A DNA stretch of 64,000 bases from an uncultured candidate division Zixibacteria bacterium. GTDB taxonomy: Bacteria; Zixibacteria; MSB-5A5; GN15; PGXB01. Shown piece by piece: positions 49,351-59,939 of the stretch. The position numbers were made by a program, and so were the translations under genes. The notes beneath the pieces are model-generated. The model was given only the letters and a program-made list of their open reading frames with translations. It did no database searches and had not been told where the DNA came from. The DNA lies in the NCBI GenBank assembly GCA_963702205.1, contig OY969724.1, positions 1,696,001 through 1,760,000 of the forward strand, written 5' to 3'. Position 1 is the first letter of the stretch. Every line of letters starts with the position of its first letter.

Positions 49351-52300
49351 ATGCTGAAAAAACTGCTCATGGTGTTTTTGGGGGTGATGCTGATCGCGGT
49401 TTCGGTTTCAGCCGAAACTGTCGACCTCGGAAACACGGCCGATCCGGTTCGGGTGAAAGTGCTCGAATCGAATATCGACCGGACGGTGATACGGGTCGAT
49501 CTCGGATCGTTCGACAGGAATCTCGTCGATATCGACGGCCAACCTTTTTTCCTGATAACCAACGGCGATGAAGGCGTCCTGCGCGAAAAAGGCAATCCGG
49601 CCGTTCCGCGCATCTGTCGCAGCATTATTATACCCGACGACGCCGCGATGAAAGTGAATATCGTCGACGCCGAATATGTCGATTTCGACAATACCCCGGT
49701 CGCCCCGTCCAAGGGCTCCATCCTTCGTACGATCGATCCGCGACTGGTCAAATACGAATTTTCCGACGTCTATTCCCAAAACGAATTTTTTCCCGGAAAT
49801 CTGGCCAACCTGCGCGATCCGTTTATCCAGCGGGATTATCGCGGCACGGTTGTCGAAGTCTATCCGTTTCAGTACAACCCGGTTTCGCAGATCCTTCGCG
49901 TTTATAAAACCGTCACCATTGAAGTGATCAATGACGGGCCGGGGCAGATCAACGTCCTGACGCCCGATAAGAAGAAATCCGTCCGTGTGGCCGATTTTGA
50001 AACGTCGTATAAAAGGCGTTTCCTGAATTATGATTTTCAATCCAAGTTGTATCCCGACGTGGACGAAATCGGCGACATGCTGATTATAACCTACGCTTCG
50101 TTCCACTCGACCATTAATTCCCTGGCTGACTGGAAACGTCAGAAAGGCATCAAAACGACAGTGGTGGATGTTTCGTCGATCGGCAATAATTCAACTTCGA
50201 TTGGCAATTTTATACATAATTTTTATGACAGCACCAACCTCGCCTGGGTGCTTCTGATCGGTGACGCCGCGCAGGTGGCGACCGGCAATTTCGACGGCGG
50301 CGGGGCCGACCCGATGTACGCCCTGGTGGCGGGATCGGACAGTTATCCCGACTTGTTTATCGGCCGCTTCTCCGCCGAGAATACGGCCCAGGTGCAGACG
50401 CAGGTGGACCGCACTATCGTCTATGAGCGCGATTACACGGCGGGCGGATGGTACACCCACGGCACCGGTATCGCGTCGGACCAGGGGCCGGGACATTTCA
50501 ACGAATACGACTACCAACACATGAACAATATTCGCACCGATCTGCTGGGGTACAATTATACGCAGGTCGATCAGATTTACGATCCGAGCGCGTCGGCATC
50601 GGCGGTCGCCAGCGCCTTGAACTCCGGGCGCAGCACCGTGAATTATATCGGTCACGGATCGACCACGGCCTGGTCCACGACCGGCTTTTCCAATACCAAT
50701 GTCAACTCCCTGACCAACAACGGCATGCTGCCGTTCATACATTCGGTGGCGTGCGTCAACGGTAATTTTACGAGTTCCACCTGTTTCGGCGAGGCCTGGC
50801 TGAGGGCGACCAATGGCGGCGCTCCCAGCGGTGCGGTCGGGGCGTACATGTCCTCGATAAACCAGTACTGGGATGAACCGATGGACGGCCAGGATGAGTA
50901 CATCGACCTGTTGTGCGCCGAAGCCAAGACCTCATTCGGCGGGCTGTGCTTCAACGGCTCATCGCGTATGATCGAGATCAATGGCACCAGCGGCGCCGAT
51001 ATGTACAACACCTGGCATATTTTCGGCGATCCCTCGCTTCAGATCAGAACTCTCGACCCGCAGCAAATAACGGTGAATCACCCCGGCACGGTCTTTTTTG
51101 TCGCCACCGAGTACACGGTCGACGTGGGCGTCGAAGGCGCGCTCTGTGCGCTCTATGCTGACGGCGTGGTTTACGGGTCGGCTTATTCAGATGCCGGCGG
51201 CATCGCCGTCATCCCGATTGAGCAGGAACTGCCGATTGCGAGCGACATTCTGTTAACGGTTACGGGATATAATATCGAGACGGTGGTTGATACGGTTACG
51301 ACGACGTCCGACCTGGCCATCATTCACCGCGACCCTCTGCCGGACACGAAAGATACGCTCGACGATTTCAGAGTCGATTGCGAAATATATACGTCGTCTC
51401 CGCTCAATGCGAACGACTTGCTGCTGAAGTATGAAACCAATTCTACCTGGAATTCGGTTGTCCTCAGTGAAGGATTGATGCAGGGCGAATATTACGGCAT
51501 GATTCCGTCGCAGCCGGCTGGGACGGACGTCAGCTATTACCTGTACGCATCCAATACCGGCGGTTTTGTCGATTCGACCGATATCTTCTCGTTCAAAGTT
51601 ATAGACTATGGTTTGCTGTTCGGACCCGCATTTTCGACATTGTCGGCGCCGGTCGACGATACGGTCTGGTATGATCTGTCCGTCACCAACGACGGCGTTC
51701 TGGCGGATATTTATGATCTGATCGTTTCCGGCAATAACTGGGAGACGTCGATCTTTGACGAAACCGGAATGTTCGAAGTGTCATCGTCGACCGAACTCAA
51801 CGGAGACGACGTTTTCGATTTTAAAGTACGCGTGGTTATCCCGCAAAGCTGGGAAGATGATTACGATTCGACGACGGTGACGGCGATGTCGGAAGGTAAC
51901 CATTCATACTTCGCGACGGCGGCAATCAAAACCGTTTCGGCCGGGCAACCACTGCCGATTCCGTTTTCCGATGATTTCCCGTCCAGCGCATTCGACGTGC
52001 ACAAGTGGGAGTCGACCGATGGCGTCGAAACCAGCCAGTTGGGACTGAATATACCCACGCCGCCGTACTGTCTGAATTTCGATGGTTCTCCAAGCGGCGG
52101 TGATGAACTTGTCTCCGAAAAAATAAATCTTCGCAATGAATCCGGCTGCATCGTTCGCTTTAAGTACGAACGGACCGGATCCGGTGATTCTCCTGAAGCC
52201 GGAGACGATCTGGTTACCGAGTATCTCGATGCCACGGGCACATGGCACGAAATCAGCCGTCTCGGTGGCGACGGTCCCGACATGACGGAATTCGAAGAGG

Positions 52301-54516
52301 TTGAAATTAATCTGCCGCCCGAGGCGTATCATGCCGAATTCCGTCTCATGATGTCTAACTCGGCTTCGTCCGGGTCCATGGATGACTGGTTCGTGGATGA
52401 TATTTATGTCGGTTACCCGCCCGACTATGAACTTGTGGTCTCGCCGTACAGCCAGTCACAGTACGGTGCTTCAGGCAATCAAATCGCCTATCAGCTTTCG
52501 ATAATGAACCGGGGCCGACTGGATGATGCCTATGACCTCAGCGTCAGCGGCAATGATTGGGAGGTCGTCTTTTATGACGAGAGCGGCACGAACGAGATTT
52601 CTTCAACCGGCCTGATCCCGACGGGGGAATCCGTCCCGGTGATAGTGAAAGTCGATATTCCCTCAGCGTCGCTTATGCACGATAACGACAATGCCATTCT
52701 GGCGGTGACATCGCAGAACGATCCGCTGGTCAGCTATGAAGTCAGCGTCGAGACGGTGTCGGCCGGTCCGGCGGGAGCTTTCCCGTGGTCCGATCTGTTC
52801 GACGATCCCGCGCTGGGAGCGCCGCACTGGATGGCCAACTGCGGAGCGGTTGTATCGACCAACTCCGTCAACCCGCCCAGTGGTCCGTACGCTTTGAATC
52901 TCGACGGCGGCTGCGATACTCTGGTTTCACAAATAATCGATCTTTCGTCGGCCTATGGCGCAACCATTGCCTATTATTATCAGTGCGGTGGTGGAGGGGG
53001 GACTCCCGGCGTAGGCGACAATTTGATCATACAATACAAGAATTCCTTCGGCGTTTGGGTGAATCTGAATACCCACGAAGGCGGACAGGGCGACATGAAC
53101 ACATTCGAACGGATTTCGCTCGCTCTGCCGATGGATGCCGCGCATGCCAATTTCCAGATGCGCCTGATTTCCAACGGGTCGGGTGAGGGGCTGGACGACT
53201 GGTTCGTGGACAATATTCGTTTCGATTTTTCCCCCGATATGTCGGTCACTCCTACGGGGATGACTCTTCAACTTTTGGTTGACGAAACCGTTGATGATGA
53301 TATGATTATCACCAATGCCGGTCCCGGAACCCTGGAATACTGGATCAAGAACATGCCGGTTTTCAATCGCGGTTTTAATTATGATGCGCTCGAAGCGCTG
53401 GGAGACGTCGAACCGGCTCGTCGTGAGTACAGCGAAGAATTCCTGGCCTACGATGATATCAAGGGTACCGATGATCCGCGAGTGGGTTACCCGGTCACGC
53501 GCAATGCCGGTGGTCCCGACCTGTTCGGCTATTATTGGATCGATTCCGATGAACCGACCGGACCTACGTTTGACTGGGTCGATATATCCTCGACCGGCAC
53601 CAATATTACGGCCGGATTGAAAGACGACAGCTATATTGGGCCCCTCGATTTAGGTTTCGATTTTCCGTACTATGGATTGACCTATAGTCAAATCTATGTG
53701 GCCTCCAACGGAATGATCGGCTTCGATTCAACCGGGTTGAAATCGCGCTACAAAAAACCGATCCCGACCGATTCCCTGCCGAACAATATGATCTGCTGGC
53801 TCTGGGATGATCTCAATCCGACCGACCCGGATGTCCCCGAAGCTCGTGTCTATATGGATACGACCGGCGGGCAGTGCGTCATTATGTTCCATAATTATCC
53901 GGAGTACGGCGCATCGGCCGGTGACATCATAACCGCCGAGGTTATTCTAATGACCGATGGATCTATTAAGATCCAGTATCTTGACTTCGCCAGCGGCTTC
54001 GATATCGGTTCCGCGACAATCGGAATCGAGAACACCGACGGTACCGACGGGCTGGAAGTGGCGTATCTGACCGAGTATGTTCACGCCAATCTCGCTGTGC
54101 AGTTTTATTGTCCATCGCAATGGCTGACGATGGATATCACCGACGGCATAATCCCGCCCGGTGAAGCAGATACTGTTTTATGTCATGTTTCTTCCGAAGG
54201 ACTCGATACGGGAGTTTATGTGACTAATGTCTGCATCACAAGCAACGATCCGTCGCCGGATAAAGCGAACATGATTATCCCGGCGCAACTTACCGTAAGT
54301 GAAATCCCGCCGTGGATTTGCGGCGACGCCGATGATTCCGGAGAAATTAATTTACTCGATATCCTGGCAATGATCGACCACGTTTACAATGACGGACCGG
54401 AGCCATCCAATATGGAAGCTTCCGACGTCGATAATTCGGGAACCCTGAACCTTATTGATATACTTACCGTTATCGACTTCGTTTATAATGATGGACCGGA
54501 ACCTTCTTGCCAGTGA
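49351..54516 (+). CDS. Gingipain-like (C25) cysteine peptidase with propeptide, accessory beta domains and a dockerin-like C-terminus
   Basis: WKRQKG, LLIGD, IGRFS, YIGHGS, VACVNG and FGDPSL; 1721 aa. Confidence 0.92.
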   Translation: MLKKLLMVFLGVMLIAVSVSAETVDLGNTADPVRVKVLESNIDRTVIRVDLGSFDRNLVDIDGQPFFLITNGDEGVLREKGNPAVPRICRSIIIPDDAAMKVNIVDAEYVDFDNTPVAPSKGSILRTIDPRLVKYEFSDVYSQNEFFPGNLANLRDPFIQRDYRGTVVEVYPFQYNPVSQILRVYKTVTIEVINDGPGQINVLTPDKKKSVRVADFETSYKRRFLNYDFQSKLYPDVDEIGDMLIITYASFHSTINSLADWKRQKGIKTTVVDVSSIGNNSTSIGNFIHNFYDSTNLAWVLLIGDAAQVATGNFDGGGADPMYALVAGSDSYPDLFIGRFSAENTAQVQTQVDRTIVYERDYTAGGWYTHGTGIASDQGPGHFNEYDYQHMNNIRTDLLGYNYTQVDQIYDPSASASAVASALNSGRSTVNYIGHGSTTAWSTTGFSNTNVNSLTNNGMLPFIHSVACVNGNFTSSTCFGEAWLRATNGGAPSGAVGAYMSSINQYWDEPMDGQDEYIDLLCAEAKTSFGGLCFNGSSRMIEINGTSGADMYNTWHIFGDPSLQIRTLDPQQITVNHPGTVFFVATEYTVDVGVEGALCALYADGVVYGSAYSDAGGIAVIPIEQELPIASDILLTVTGYNIETVVDTVTTTSDLAIIHRDPLPDTKDTLDDFRVDCEIYTSSPLNANDLLLKYETNSTWNSVVLSEGLMQGEYYGMIPSQPAGTDVSYYLYASNTGGFVDSTDIFSFKVIDYGLLFGPAFSTLSAPVDDTVWYDLSVTNDGVLADIYDLIVSGNNWETSIFDETGMFEVSSSTELNGDDVFDFKVRVVIPQSWEDDYDSTTVTAMSEGNHSYFATAAIKTVSAGQPLPIPFSDDFPSSAFDVHKWESTDGVETSQLGLNIPTPPYCLNFDGSPSGGDELVSEKINLRNESGCIVRFKYERTGSGDSPEAGDDLVTEYLDATGTWHEISRLGGDGPDMTEFEEVEINLPPEAYHAEFRLMMSNSASSGSMDDWFVDDIYVGYPPDYELVVSPYSQSQYGASGNQIAYQLSIMNRGRLDDAYDLSVSGNDWEVVFYDESGTNEISSTGLIPTGESVPVIVKVDIPSASLMHDNDNAILAVTSQNDPLVSYEVSVETVSAGPAGAFPWSDLFDDPALGAPHWMANCGAVVSTNSVNPPSGPYALNLDGGCDTLVSQIIDLSSAYGATIAYYYQCGGGGGTPGVGDNLIIQYKNSFGVWVNLNTHEGGQGDMNTFERISLALPMDAAHANFQMRLISNGSGEGLDDWFVDNIRFDFSPDMSVTPTGMTLQLLVDETVDDDMIITNAGPGTLEYWIKNMPVFNRGFNYDALEALGDVEPARREYSEEFLAYDDIKGTDDPRVGYPVTRNAGGPDLFGYYWIDSDEPTGPTFDWVDISSTGTNITAGLKDDSYIGPLDLGFDFPYYGLTYSQIYVASNGMIGFDSTGLKSRYKKPIPTDSLPNNMICWLWDDLNPTDPDVPEARVYMDTTGGQCVIMFHNYPEYGASAGDIITAEVILMTDGSIKIQYLDFASGFDIGSATIGIENTDGTDGLEVAYLTEYVHANLAVQFYCPSQWLTMDITDGIIPPGEADTVLCHVSSEGLDTGVYVTNVCITSNDPSPDKANMIIPAQLTVSEIPPWICGDADDSGEINLLDILAMIDHVYNDGPEPSNMEASDVDNSGTLNLIDILTVIDFVYNDGPEPSCQ

Positions 54517-54537
54517 CAGAGTTTATACTTTGAGTTC

Positions 54538-54567
54538 AAGACAGCCTTTCGGGGCTGTCTTTTTTTT
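54538..54567 (+). terminator. Intrinsic terminator
   Basis: AAGACAGCCT-TTCG-GGGCTGTCTT followed by a T tract. Confidence 0.9.
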
Positions 54568-54668
54568 GTGCAACCTTAAAAAGTAAAGGTTGACAGCAAA
54601 AAGGTTGACAGATTATACTTATTCCAGCGTAATAACTTAACATCTTCACTTGTTTTTCGAGGATTAAA

Positions 54669-55838
54669 ATGGGAAATCCTGCGGCCCGTATGGGTGATAT
54701 GGCCAAAACCTGCAATGACCCGACCGATATGCCGGTCGGGACGGTTCTAGGTACCGGTATGATGGTTTTGATCAACAATATGCCTGCGGCGAGAAAGAAC
54801 GATCAGATAGTCGGTGTCGATATCCATATAGTTATGGTTCCATCGCCGGGCGGACCTGTCCCCACACCGCTGCCGCATCCGTTTATGGGCATAATCGACA
54901 ATAATGTGTCGTCATCGGTAAAGATCATGGGTCAACCGGCGGCCTACAAGGGCAGTACCGCCACGAATACACCCTCGCACATTCCCATGCCTCCGGGAAC
55001 GGCTTTCCAAAAACCTCCCTCGAACAAGGGTGAAATTATGATGGGCAGTCCCAACGTGATGATCGGCAACGGCGGCGGCGGCAGCGGCGGAGGCAGTGGC
55101 GGCGGCAGTACAGCCAGGGCCACGGTCAAAAAGATCGAAGAAACCGAAAGCCACAAGCTGGATATAAAGTTCGTCGATAAAGGCGGCAAGCCGATCGGCG
55201 GGGCCAAGTATGAGATAAAGGACCCCGATGGAAAGAAAAGCGAAGGCATCTTAACCGGCCAGATTAAGAAAGGCGGCGTCAAGGAAGGCACTCATGAAGT
55301 AAAACTCAAGGCCATAACCGAAGTGGCTTGGTCGACCAAAAAAGCCAGGGTCGGCGATGAGGTCAAAATGAAAGCCAAATTCGCCGGGGTCGAATCGGGT
55401 GTCAAAGCGGAGTTTCATATTTTCAGGAAAGACATCGGGTCGGCCGACGACGCCTATGACATGATCGAAGCCGATATATCCGGTGATAAAGCGGAAGCTC
55501 AATGGGTATTCGAATATCGGGAGGATGATGGTGATCCCGGTGTCGGGACGGAAAAGTCCACCAGGTATTCCAACCCGAGGTTTTATTTTGTAGTGAAAGC
55601 CGACGGTATGCAGGCTCGGTCTGATTTCCTTAAATTGACTGATGATCTGGAGATCGAACTGACTGACGAAAACGGTGACCCGATAAAGGACGAAGAGTTT
55701 CAGGTCCGCCTGGCCGATGGCCAGGTTAAAAAGGGGAAAACCGATAAAGACGGCAAGGCCACTATTAAAGACATCCCGGTACAAAAAAGTCAGGTCGATT
55801 TTCCGAATCAGTCAGAAGCCAAGAAATTACCCGAATAA
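54669..55838 (+). CDS. PAAR-domain spike-tip protein with a Gly linker and transthyretin/Ig-like extensions
   Basis: PAAR, PAAR and PAAY motifs; GSPNVMIG; LTDENGDPI...GKTDKDGKA extension. Confidence 0.88.
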   Translation: MGNPAARMGDMAKTCNDPTDMPVGTVLGTGMMVLINNMPAARKNDQIVGVDIHIVMVPSPGGPVPTPLPHPFMGIIDNNVSSSVKIMGQPAAYKGSTATNTPSHIPMPPGTAFQKPPSNKGEIMMGSPNVMIGNGGGGSGGGSGGGSTARATVKKIEETESHKLDIKFVDKGGKPIGGAKYEIKDPDGKKSEGILTGQIKKGGVKEGTHEVKLKAITEVAWSTKKARVGDEVKMKAKFAGVESGVKAEFHIFRKDIGSADDAYDMIEADISGDKAEAQWVFEYREDDGDPGVGTEKSTRYSNPRFYFVVKADGMQARSDFLKLTDDLEIELTDENGDPIKDEEFQVRLADGQVKKGKTDKDGKATIKDIPVQKSQVDFPNQSEAKKLPE

Positions 55839-55841
55839 TCT

Positions 55842-57467
55842 ATGGCACAAAAAGCAAAAGCTACAACTTCAAGTGTAATATTCTGTTTTCAAACCTGTCC
55901 CGGGGTTGACTCCATGAATATTATCAAGGCCGGTCCGGCAAAAATAAAGGGTCAGGTGAAACCGGTCAAGCCGAGCGGCAAAGGTTATTACGGCATCAAA
56001 ATGACGCCGGGCGATACGGTCGATTTCAATTTGTTCGATACCGATTATAAAATCCGCTGCGAATCCAATGTTGTGCTCGAAGTCAATAGGCCCGATGAGT
56101 TCCCGATAACCTCGTGGCAGAAGCTCGGGCCGGAAAATAAACTTCCCGGCACACAGAGACGACTGCAAATACTCGGCTATTATCCCTCCCGGGTGGACAA
56201 TAAAAACGGCAAAATCACAGAGCACGCCGCCCTGGGTTTTCAGGCGGATAACAAGCTGCGCACCGACGGTGAAGTCGGCCCAAAGACACGCGACAAACTC
56301 AAAAAAGTCATTAAGAAGAAAAACAAATCAAAAAAGACCCTTATAGTGCGTCGAACATTGGTGCGTTTTCTTCGGTCGCCCGACAAGGACGACCCGGAAG
56401 TGTGGTCAGGCAATCCCGATGGCTCCGGACCCGACCTCGACGACCGCGGTTTCATTAAAGTCAAATCATTCGGTTTCAAACTGCCCGGGCCGGTCCTGAC
56501 AATCAAACGCAATTCTGCCTGCCGAATTAAAGTCCTTCGCGAGTTTATATCCAACGATGCTCTTCTGGAAGCGGTTAGCAGCGATGAAGACGTCGTCAAG
56601 GTGAAAAACACGGTCCTGCCCAAGCAGAAGCATATTAATCTGGAGCTCCAGGCTCAGGCCATGACTGACGGTAAAGCCAAAACGGCGGCTATTTCGATTA
56701 TGTATAAAAAAGACAAAGACTCGGTCGAAATCGGAAAGCTTCAGGTTATTGTTATGCCCAATATAACGCGTCTGGTGCGACCGGTTTGGATCACGATCAA
56801 TGGAACGGCGCCCGGTGCGGTCGGCGACAAAGCCGGGTTCCGTCAGGCGTTCAGGGTAGTTAACACCGTATGGAAGCCCTATGGGGTCTATTTCCATTTT
56901 CTCGGATGGCGGGAAAAGGCAGTCACCGGCTTTGCCACGGCGGGCAAGGTGTCCAGCGTCGGCGGCGGTTTGAAAACAGAATTTAATAAAATGTCCAATG
57001 CCAAAGATACATCCAATCGCAATACGGAGCAAAATAAGATTAATTTATATATCGTAAATGATATGAGCGGTGCGTACGGTATTACTTACGATGCCATAGA
57101 CTTCAGCTGGCCCAATGGAATCGCCCTGAAAAAGAACGACAACTGGACTAAAACGGGTATCGACCTCGCCCATGAGCTGGGGCATTTCATTGGATTGGCC
57201 GATTGTGTTACGGCCAATAAATGTGTCCACGCCGAAGATGATCCGGATGACAATCACAAAAAGAAAGACATCTGGTCGCTGCGGCGTTTGATGTACGGCG
57301 GCTGGCCGGCATCCGACCGGACGGAAGGCTTTGCTCACAACGTCGGTTACGGCCACGGGCAGTATGGCTGCGTGGTCAGCGTGCGCAATTTGCCTCAGGA
57401 CAAACCGGACAATGAATTACAAAACGGCCGCAAGCATATGCTGTCGAATAAATTTTATAAAAAATAG
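55842..57467 (+). CDS. Putative effector: peptidoglycan-binding domain plus zincin metalloprotease
   Basis: QRRLQILGY...FQADNKL.DGEVGPKT and HELGHFIGL; Lys-rich; no signal peptide. Confidence 0.75.
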   Translation: MAQKAKATTSSVIFCFQTCPGVDSMNIIKAGPAKIKGQVKPVKPSGKGYYGIKMTPGDTVDFNLFDTDYKIRCESNVVLEVNRPDEFPITSWQKLGPENKLPGTQRRLQILGYYPSRVDNKNGKITEHAALGFQADNKLRTDGEVGPKTRDKLKKVIKKKNKSKKTLIVRRTLVRFLRSPDKDDPEVWSGNPDGSGPDLDDRGFIKVKSFGFKLPGPVLTIKRNSACRIKVLREFISNDALLEAVSSDEDVVKVKNTVLPKQKHINLELQAQAMTDGKAKTAAISIMYKKDKDSVEIGKLQVIVMPNITRLVRPVWITINGTAPGAVGDKAGFRQAFRVVNTVWKPYGVYFHFLGWREKAVTGFATAGKVSSVGGGLKTEFNKMSNAKDTSNRNTEQNKINLYIVNDMSGAYGITYDAIDFSWPNGIALKKNDNWTKTGIDLAHELGHFIGLADCVTANKCVHAEDDPDDNHKKKDIWSLRRLMYGGWPASDRTEGFAHNVGYGHGQYGCVVSVRNLPQDKPDNELQNGRKHMLSNKFYKK

Positions 57468-57473
57468 CGGGCC

Positions 57474-58349
57474 ATGGGGAATATATTATATGCACTCCTG
57501 CTGTTGCTTTTTGTCTCCGGATGCGCCGCTCCGGAAAAAGAAAAGGACGTAAATATGGAAGCATCCGCAAAACTGGATGACCTGAAAAATATGGTTCTCG
57601 AAGATAACTGGGATGCCGCCGACCTGGCCGAGGAACTTGGCGCCGAAGCGGTCCCTACTCTCAAGGCCCTGATGCAAAATAAAAATCCCGAAACCCGCAG
57701 TCTGGCGCTCAGCTGCCTCGATCTGACCGGTGATGAAGCGGCTCTCCCCATAATCGTGGAATCTCTGAAAGACCCCGACGACAACGTCCGCTCGACGGCG
57801 ATGCAGACGCTTGAAGCCAGGTACGATACCACCGTGCAAAAGCAGATGATCGAAAACCTGGATAATTCCGATCCGGCCATACGCGGCGGGGTGGCACTTC
57901 TGCTGGGTAATCTGGGCGGAGAAAAAACATCGAAGCCATTGTATGACAGGCTGGAAAAGGAAACCGATGTCGAGGCCAACCGGGATATCAAGCTGAGTCT
58001 TGCCAAGCTCGGCGACGACAAGTACAAGGAAGAATTCGCGGCCAACCTTGACGTTCCCGATTCGAAGATAAGATATAAAGCCATTGAAGATTTAAGATAT
58101 ATCGACGATAAAAACCTGGCGAAATATCTTCTGCCCGCGCTTTCGGATACCGGAGAAGTTTTTAACCTGGGCGATAAAGACCGACCGGTATACGGCCGGG
58201 TATGTGATGCCGCAATAATGCTGCTGGGAGAATGGTTCGAAAAGCCAGTTTCATATGAAATCGTCGATTACAGAAGATATACCGACGAGGAAATCGAAGA
58301 AGCTGCAAAATTCCTAAACGGGCTGGGAGGACCGAAGGATGAAGAGTAA
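57474..58349 (+). CDS. HEAT-repeat lipoprotein, putative immunity protein
   Basis: Lipobox VSGC; L.DP...VR..A repeats; acidic. Confidence 0.8.
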   Translation: MGNILYALLLLLFVSGCAAPEKEKDVNMEASAKLDDLKNMVLEDNWDAADLAEELGAEAVPTLKALMQNKNPETRSLALSCLDLTGDEAALPIIVESLKDPDDNVRSTAMQTLEARYDTTVQKQMIENLDNSDPAIRGGVALLLGNLGGEKTSKPLYDRLEKETDVEANRDIKLSLAKLGDDKYKEEFAANLDVPDSKIRYKAIEDLRYIDDKNLAKYLLPALSDTGEVFNLGDKDRPVYGRVCDAAIMLLGEWFEKPVSYEIVDYRRYTDEEIEEAAKFLNGLGGPKDEE

Positions 58350-58779
58350 TCGTTTTTTATTCGACCTGCCTCGGGGCTGGGAGGACCAGACGGTTTACAT
58401 TTTCGAGGGCCCGAAGGAAGGTAATAACGAGCATCGGCTGGTGATGTATCTCGATCGCCAGCTTCAGGATGCCGATCTGATAAGTTTCGCCCGTTCCAAA
58501 ATATCGCCGATAGTGGATAACCTGTCGGGCGTGGAAACGTTGAAGGACGAAGAAGTGACGCTTGAGGGCTGCAATCCATGCTACGAATTCGTCTACAAAT
58601 GGATAATGGCGGAAAACCTGGCCTATTTTCATAAGTACATCTTCGTAATAAAGGACGGCATCGGTTTCACATTTTCCTGTCGTTTTACCAAGGCGACATA
58701 TAAACTCCTCGGGCACCAGATGAACGACGTCGTGGAAGCGCTGGTGCCGGGGACTTACGAAGTGGTCGAAGAAGATTAG
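58339..58779 (+). CDS. DcrB-related/DUF1795-like adaptor (chaperone)
   Basis: FDLPRGWEDQTVYIF N-terminus and Mog1/PsbP-like pattern; sits inside the PAAR locus. Confidence 0.7.
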   Translation: MKSNRFLFDLPRGWEDQTVYIFEGPKEGNNEHRLVMYLDRQLQDADLISFARSKISPIVDNLSGVETLKDEEVTLEGCNPCYEFVYKWIMAENLAYFHKYIFVIKDGIGFTFSCRFTKATYKLLGHQMNDVVEALVPGTYEVVEED

Positions 58780-59756
58780 TGGCGGACCTTAAGTACGACA
58801 AAGGAACCGACGAGGAACACGAAGTTAAACTGGAATCCTCGCTGGTCTCCGCCGGGTGGGACAATACCGGAGCCTTCGCGGGCGGCACGGCCGGGTATTA
58901 TATTAAGACGGCCTTTGTCGGCGAAGGCGCGCCGATAAAAGTCACCGGCAAAAGCACTAAAGGCAAAAAGCTGGGGAAAATCAAAAGCGAGGTGCGGGGC
59001 AATTCCTTTGTCGGGAAATTCGAGATTCCCGATGATATCGAACTCGGCGATGAAATCTGCTTTGAATTCAAACTTTCAAAAAACGGCATAGACGGCGAGT
59101 CAGAAACTATCCCGGTTTTTCCTGCGCCGATTCTTAAAAAAATGAAATGGTCGCAGGAAGAAGCTCGTCGGGGCGAAGTCCTGACCCTTACGGCTGAATT
59201 CGACAAAATCGACGATAACACCGATGCCATGTTGACGATTTACGAGTACGATGAAGACAAAGCCCACGATAAAATCACCGAGATGGATGTTAAAATCGAG
59301 GGAAAGAAGATCGAAATCGAATGGGAATACGAATACCATGAGGACACCGACGAAATACCAAATGACGAAGAGAAAAAAAAGTATGGAGGCAGTTACAATC
59401 CACCGGAATATTTTTTCACGGTAAAAATAGGCGATTTCGAACTTGGCAAAAAACAGGAATCGGGGCTTTTAAAATTCAAGGATTGGGTGGAACTTGTGCT
59501 CAATGACAATCTCGGGCGCCCGGTGCCGGACGAGGATTATGTCCTGACACTGCCCGATGGCACGGAGAAAAAGGGTAAGCTGGACAAGAACGGCTTGGCG
59601 GTCGAGCAGGGTATCCCGCCTGGCAAAATAAAGGTCGAGTTTCCAAATAGACAAGGGCTGCCGACCGCTGAAGAAGATGATAATTCAGAATCCGGGAACG
59701 TAGATGAAGGCGAAGACGAGGATATACCTGATTCTAATTCCGGAACCGATACATAA
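58779..59756 (+). CDS. Acidic Ig/transthyretin-like protein homologous to the C-terminal half of the PAAR protein
   Basis: WS..EAR.G, W.YEY.ED, Y.PP.YFF.VK and L.DG..KKGKLDKNG are shared with 54669..55838. Confidence 0.7.
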   Translation: MADLKYDKGTDEEHEVKLESSLVSAGWDNTGAFAGGTAGYYIKTAFVGEGAPIKVTGKSTKGKKLGKIKSEVRGNSFVGKFEIPDDIELGDEICFEFKLSKNGIDGESETIPVFPAPILKKMKWSQEEARRGEVLTLTAEFDKIDDNTDAMLTIYEYDEDKAHDKITEMDVKIEGKKIEIEWEYEYHEDTDEIPNDEEKKKYGGSYNPPEYFFTVKIGDFELGKKQESGLLKFKDWVELVLNDNLGRPVPDEDYVLTLPDGTEKKGKLDKNGLAVEQGIPPGKIKVEFPNRQGLPTAEEDDNSESGNVDEGEDEDIPDSNSGTDT

Positions 59757-59790
59757 TAAACGCAGCGCCATTTAATCTGTGAGGACAGGT

Positions 59791-59922
59791 ATGAGTGAAA
59801 AATCGGGAAAGAAGTCTACCGACAATGCCAAAAAAGACAAATCCAGGAAGATTATCTCTGTGAAATCGGGCCAAAGAGCAATAATCAAAGTGGTATTAAA
59901 AGAATTTGTTCCATCAATTTAG
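59791..59922 (+). CDS. 43-aa basic peptide, hypothetical
   Basis: GAGGA SD; MSEKSGKK...EFVPSI* fills the gap between genes. Confidence 0.4.
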   Translation: MSEKSGKKSTDNAKKDKSRKIISVKSGQRAIIKVVLKEFVPSI

Positions 59923-59939
59923 GAACTGCAGAGGATTGT

